Of a stretch of DNA of 64,000 bases, positions 61,556-64,000 are shown piece after piece (positions within the stretch are counted from its first letter, which is position 1; every line of letters begins with the position of its first letter). Position numbers and translations under genes: made by a program. The DNA is taken from assembly GCA_030704615.1 (NCBI GenBank), contig CM060731.1:3658001-3722000 (forward strand), in the 5' to 3' direction. The notes beneath the pieces were generated by a model. That model was not told the origin of the DNA. It did no database searches and saw nothing but the letters and a program-made list of their open reading frames with translations. The stretch comes from Takakia lepidozioides (Eukaryota; Plantae; Bryophyta).

Positions 61556-62114
61556 TTAAAATACCCCTTTGGTGCACTGAGGGTGGCTAGTATAGGAGAG
61601 AATATTGAATCTCCTAGGAATAATGGACACAGTCATGGAGCCTTCATCAGAAAGAGCTCTCTTTGCAACACTTGCTTTGTAGATTGGACTGTCACGAAGG
61701 TCGTGTGGGATTTGGGAAATTGATTTGCAAATATATCATGCATCTGGAGATAGGTATTCATGATTCATGGCTTCACATTACAAAGGAGGCTGCTGCAGAG
61801 CAAGGTGGGACATGGAGCCATAGCAAAAAAGCGGAGAAAGCAGAAAAAGACCTCGTTTGGTTTTGTCCACTAGAGAGGAGTTGGGGTCTGCTACTACCAT
61901 AGCCCCAAATTTGTTGTGCCTTATAATTTGCTAAGGTGAAGAATATAGAGCGATGACAAAAGTATGTTGGGAGTGGGAACAAAGCCATGTTTGAAAGCGT
62001 GTAGTGGACAAGACCTGATTTTCAACCAATCCGAGAGCTTAGTTGTTTGTCCAATCGCTAGTCTGGAACTGCCTTGATTATAGGTATAATATGAGGTAAA
62101 TTCTATTCATTTAA

Positions 62115-63268
62115 CCCCTCAAGGACGAGCCTGTTTTTGGTGGGCCCCGTCCAAAACCAGACATACCCTCAGGGATGAGGGTATATCTCCCATTTGACAA
62201 ACGTTCCAGGGGATGAACCGTTCCAAAGTCATCCTACCTACTTTACTCACCTGCAGTAAAAATTTCAGGAGATTTGACCATCTAATTTGGAAGATTATAA
62301 CAAAAGTTCTAGGCTTTGTTTTTTTTGTTGGATATATTTTCAACATGAAAATTTGGTTTGACCAAGCAGATTGCCAACCTTTTTTATTTTTCATTGATAC
62401 AGACTACCCAGATTCAGATTATATGGCACCACCAGCAAAGCCTCCCAAAATTCCAGAGCCAAAATCCAGAAATGCATAATGGTTGCTTTGTATGGGAAAA
62501 CAGGGGGGTCAAAATGCCAATTTCTCTCATGGGATCCCCACATCCCCCCAAATGTGGGGCAATTTGTGAGGGAATCCAAATTCCTCCAGTCATGTTGTTG
62601 TTTATCTACCTACCGAGTACCCTGGAAAAAAAATTCCACATTCTAAGTTGTTTGCAGGCAAAGATTGCTAAAAAACCGAATCCCTACTTGAATCCTAGCT
62701 CCAGCCAAGAATTGCCGGAGCCGGTGGATATTTCCGGCCAAAAAATCCGGCCACGTCATCACAAACTAAGCAAGTCACGGGGGCCTCCACCCTGCGTTTC
62801 AGCGTTCTCCCTGCATGACCTACCAACGGCCAACCGCTTCCCACAGCCACACCAAGAAGCATACTCAAAACACAAACTATGAACTGAGGGGGACTTGAAC
62901 CCCCTGATCTGCCCATTGTGCAGACACACCCCCCCCCCCCAACCCAAAATGAAACACCCAAAACCCCCCACCCCCGCCACCATTAGTGTCGCGGCCCTTT
63001 GCCTTGAGGGCAGGGGTCGGGACACAAGAGGGCTGCCCCTGTGGTGGGGGCAGTGGCAACAATAGGTACGGGGGCTGAAGCACCCTTGAGTGCCCAAAGC
63101 ACTCAAGGAGGCGGAGGCGCTCACTAGGTGGAGCCCCGCACACCGGGTTGCGGTAGGGGGGGGGGGGGTTCCACGGGGTGTGGTAGCTTAGTGGATCTTA
63201 GTGGGGGTGGCATAGGACTCACCATGGACGGAGACCTTGTGGTGGGAGTCGTGGGGAGTCTTGGGACT
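62115..63268. mobile_element. Second, diverged piggyBac-like copy, apparently interrupted by an LTR element
   Basis: Starts TTAA-CCCCTCAAGGACGAGCC. About 650 bp are colinear with 60572-61210 (GATGAGGGTATATCTCCC, GGTTGCTTTGTATGGGAAAACAG, CCTACTTGAATCC, GGCCACGTCAT). The right end is not in the window. Confidence 0.65.
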
Positions 63269-64000
63269 CATCACGGTCCAATGGGGCCGTGGTGGGTGGG
63301 CCAAGACTCACCGCGACTCATCACCGGGAATCGAGGGTCTTCGTGGTGGTTCGCCATAAAATGACTGGGTTGTTTGTGAAACCCCCGCGGACAATCACAG
63401 AAGTATATATAGGGAGTAGTAACCCCGAGAACGGTGCAAGCCCGTTGGGACCAAAAACTAGTGAGTAAGCGTGCGAGCCGGAAAGCGACCAAGGTGTGGG
63501 GAGCTGTTTCGGACTGCCAACAACCAAAGGGAATTTCCACTAGGCCCAGAGTGAGCGAGGGTCTTGTGGAGGAGCAAAATAGGGACCGTTATGTCCCGGT
63601 GAGCAGCCGAAGCTCCGAGTTGGCCCGGCAGCCAGTTTGGGAGTTAGGCGCGCGCATCAAGCGAGTAACTATGACTTGAAGAGGAGCTTACCGAAGTGAG
63701 GTGCGTGACACTTGGTATCAGAGCTTAGAGTTCAGTACGCGATTGACCTTGAGATCGGCATCATCATGGGATTGGGCAAGATAAAGCAAAAACGAAACGG
63801 CCCAAAAGATGATGATCTTGGTGAGCCCGGTGGGGGCGACGTGTCACCGAAGCGACAATTGGAAGAAGTGATTCATGCTTCTGAAAGCGAGGCCGCTCAA
63901 GAACGGGAGGAATTTCGGGAGTTGGAGCCCGAGGACTTCCGAGAGGCTTCGCCAGACCAAGAGATATCTCACATGCCAGCAGCCTTTTGGGAAGGGTTGT
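63269..64000 (+). mobile_element. 5' LTR, PBS and gag start of an LTR retrotransposon (runs off the window)
   Basis: The LTR ends CGTGACA at 63710, the tRNA-iMet PBS TGGTATCAGAGC is at 63713-63724, a TATA-like TATATATAGGG lies near 63404, and an ORF is open from ATG 63766 to the window edge. The LTR start is inferred from a degenerate CATCACG at 63269. Confidence 0.75.

Noticed and set aside
59725-62072. Short inverted similarity (about 27 bp) at 59725-59751 and 62046-62072
   Set aside because: Too short and diverged, with no TSD, to define an element.

Overview
Eukaryotic nuclear DNA from a land plant. The gene content suggests a non-seed plant, possibly a bryophyte, but the organism cannot be fixed from sequence alone. 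The left third holds three spliced genes (a COA1-domain mitochondrial protein with a tandemly duplicated last exon, snurportin-1, and a plastid thioredoxin with an atypical TCGPC site), an inverted LINE-like repeat, and an intronless WVD2/WDL (TPX2-domain) gene. The middle holds a decayed Ty1/copia element, AT-rich TE debris and an OSCA/CSC1 pseudogene fragment. From 35 to 56 kb lies a cluster of four PLS-class PPR-E-DYW genes with an intronless mitochondrial-type DnaJ among them. The main discovery is that the ORF track shows only the last exon of each PPR gene. Manual splicing reveals conserved upstream exons (77-80 nt and 182-186 nt, with matching phases) that encode the PDF motif of organellar ssDNA-binding (OSB) proteins, W-x-x-F-x-x-D-P-x-x-WWDNR-x-x-K|K-x-PRSPDFR-x-x-x-T-x-EA-x-WIE-x-W-x-x-PPWVKAEL. 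This motif is fused in frame ahead of the RNA-editing PPR-DYW module. Two copies are intact and two are disrupted. The right end holds a LINE 3' fragment, a GNA-type mannose-binding lectin gene, TTAA-flanked piggyBac-like elements and the start of an LTR retrotransposon. Exon models were derived by hand from splice signals and phase and have not been confirmed with transcripts.
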